A stretch of 63,728 bases of DNA, the filler included, from Pseudomonadota bacterium (GTDB taxonomy: Bacteria; Pseudomonadota; Alphaproteobacteria; Paracaedibacterales; CAIOTO01): assembly GCA_040387495.1 (NCBI GenBank). It is 5 parts of 4 records of this genome, joined end to end, with 100 filler letters (N's around TTAATTAATTAA, not from the genome) between each part and the next. Parts side by side here need not be neighbours in the genome. Positions count along the whole stretch, not along the records: positions 54,001 to 63,728 come from JAZKDQ010000016.1; 4 more parts are not named here. One strand, written 5' to 3'. Below the pieces are notes generated by a model that searched no databases, was not told the DNA's origin, and saw only the letters and a program-made list of their open reading frames with translations. Below, in pieces: positions 63,056-63,728 of the stretch. A program made the position numbers and the translations under genes. Positions within the stretch are counted from its first letter, which is position 1, and every line of letters starts with the position of its first letter.

Positions 63056-63634
63056 TCAACCATTTTGTTTATTGGAAGACACCGGAATACACAGTTGTTG
63101 TTCAAAAATGCTTTCTTATTACTCAGTATGGACAGTATAAAAAATGAGTGAACAAGTATCGCTAAAGTGTCTTCTTTATATAAGAAATATATTATTTTCA
63201 CTTGTCATATTATAGAACTCACATGATTATTTCAAGCAATATCACAAAAGGTTTTTTTACGCATTCTGAAACCAAAATATTACGTCTTTGTCCAATCATC
63301 CTTCTTGCACGTTATGAGTGTAAGTTGCGATCCATCCACACTTAAAAAAGCAGTGGTTAACATCGGTGCAGTTACACAAAATAATGTCGATACAGTTTTT
63401 TCACAAAATGTCTATTCTTATCAATACATATTTTTAAAATTAATGACACAATATTTAACGTAATAAAAAAAAAGTCAATATATTAGTTTAAAGTCAACAC
63501 GACATATGTATAAAATTTTATTAAAATTCTTTGGGCGATTATTTTTCTTGACCTTTTTTTCTAAAATATCTCAGGATATTTATATAAATTGTGCGTATTT
63601 GTTTCTTTTATCTACTTCAGGAGAATAATTAATC

Positions 63635-63676
63635 ATGAAAACATTGACATCTTTCGATATTGAGCAATTAATGAAA
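63635..63676 (+). pseudogene. 5' part (14 codons) of the IS-disrupted HTH gene
   Basis: AGGAG RBS, MKTLTSFDIEQLMK, ending in TGAAA just before the IS inverted repeat. Confidence 0.75.
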
Positions 63677-63728
63677 ACCTCAATTCGGGATTAAAATTGC
63701 ACCATAACTGATTTTAGATTTTAATCAG
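63677..63728 (+). mobile_element. Left end of an IS982-family-like element
   Basis: ACCTCAATTCGGGATTAAAA is the inverse of 44178-44197. Confidence 0.8.

Noticed and set aside
63060..63430. Gene upstream of obgE (rplU/rpmA expected)
   Set aside because: No intact ORF or ribosomal protein motifs; at most a decayed remnant

Overview
AT-rich alphaproteobacterial draft genome. Gene content (divergent Hcp, orphan GTA-type terminase, ankyrin and many signal-peptide orphan proteins, IS-broken contigs, fresh pseudogenes) suggests a Holosporales-like endosymbiont of a protist; this taxonomy is inference. The window is five contigs (1-11932, 12033-17029, 17130-44049, 44150-53900, 54001-63728) joined by artificial 100-bp N/TTAATTAATTAA linkers, so adjacency across linkers is not biological. 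Core genes: tatD, photolyase, nrdAB (tandem NrdR boxes plus cobalamin riboswitch), recJ, arnA-C-terminal/arnD, ABC transporter, hemH, kdsD, tRNA-Gln, ptsP-like EI, fabF/acpP, PTS EIIA/HPr, ispB, pth, obgE. Most interesting: (1) a prokaryotic pentameric ligand-gated ion channel between two paralogous Cache-HAMP receptors that have no output domain, downstream of a GAF-less PTS enzyme I; (2) a ~1,940-aa eukaryote-like FG-GAP/Pro-Ser-Gln mucin-type membrane protein split by a 4-bp duplication, next to four signal-peptide-bearing glycan-modifying enzymes; (3) an IS982-like insertion with a 5-bp target duplication that links the window end to the contig at 44150 and disrupts an HTH gene; (4) a tandem array of secreted-protein genes with a shared promoter/leader/terminator module; (5) a DnaA-box cluster downstream of nrdB.
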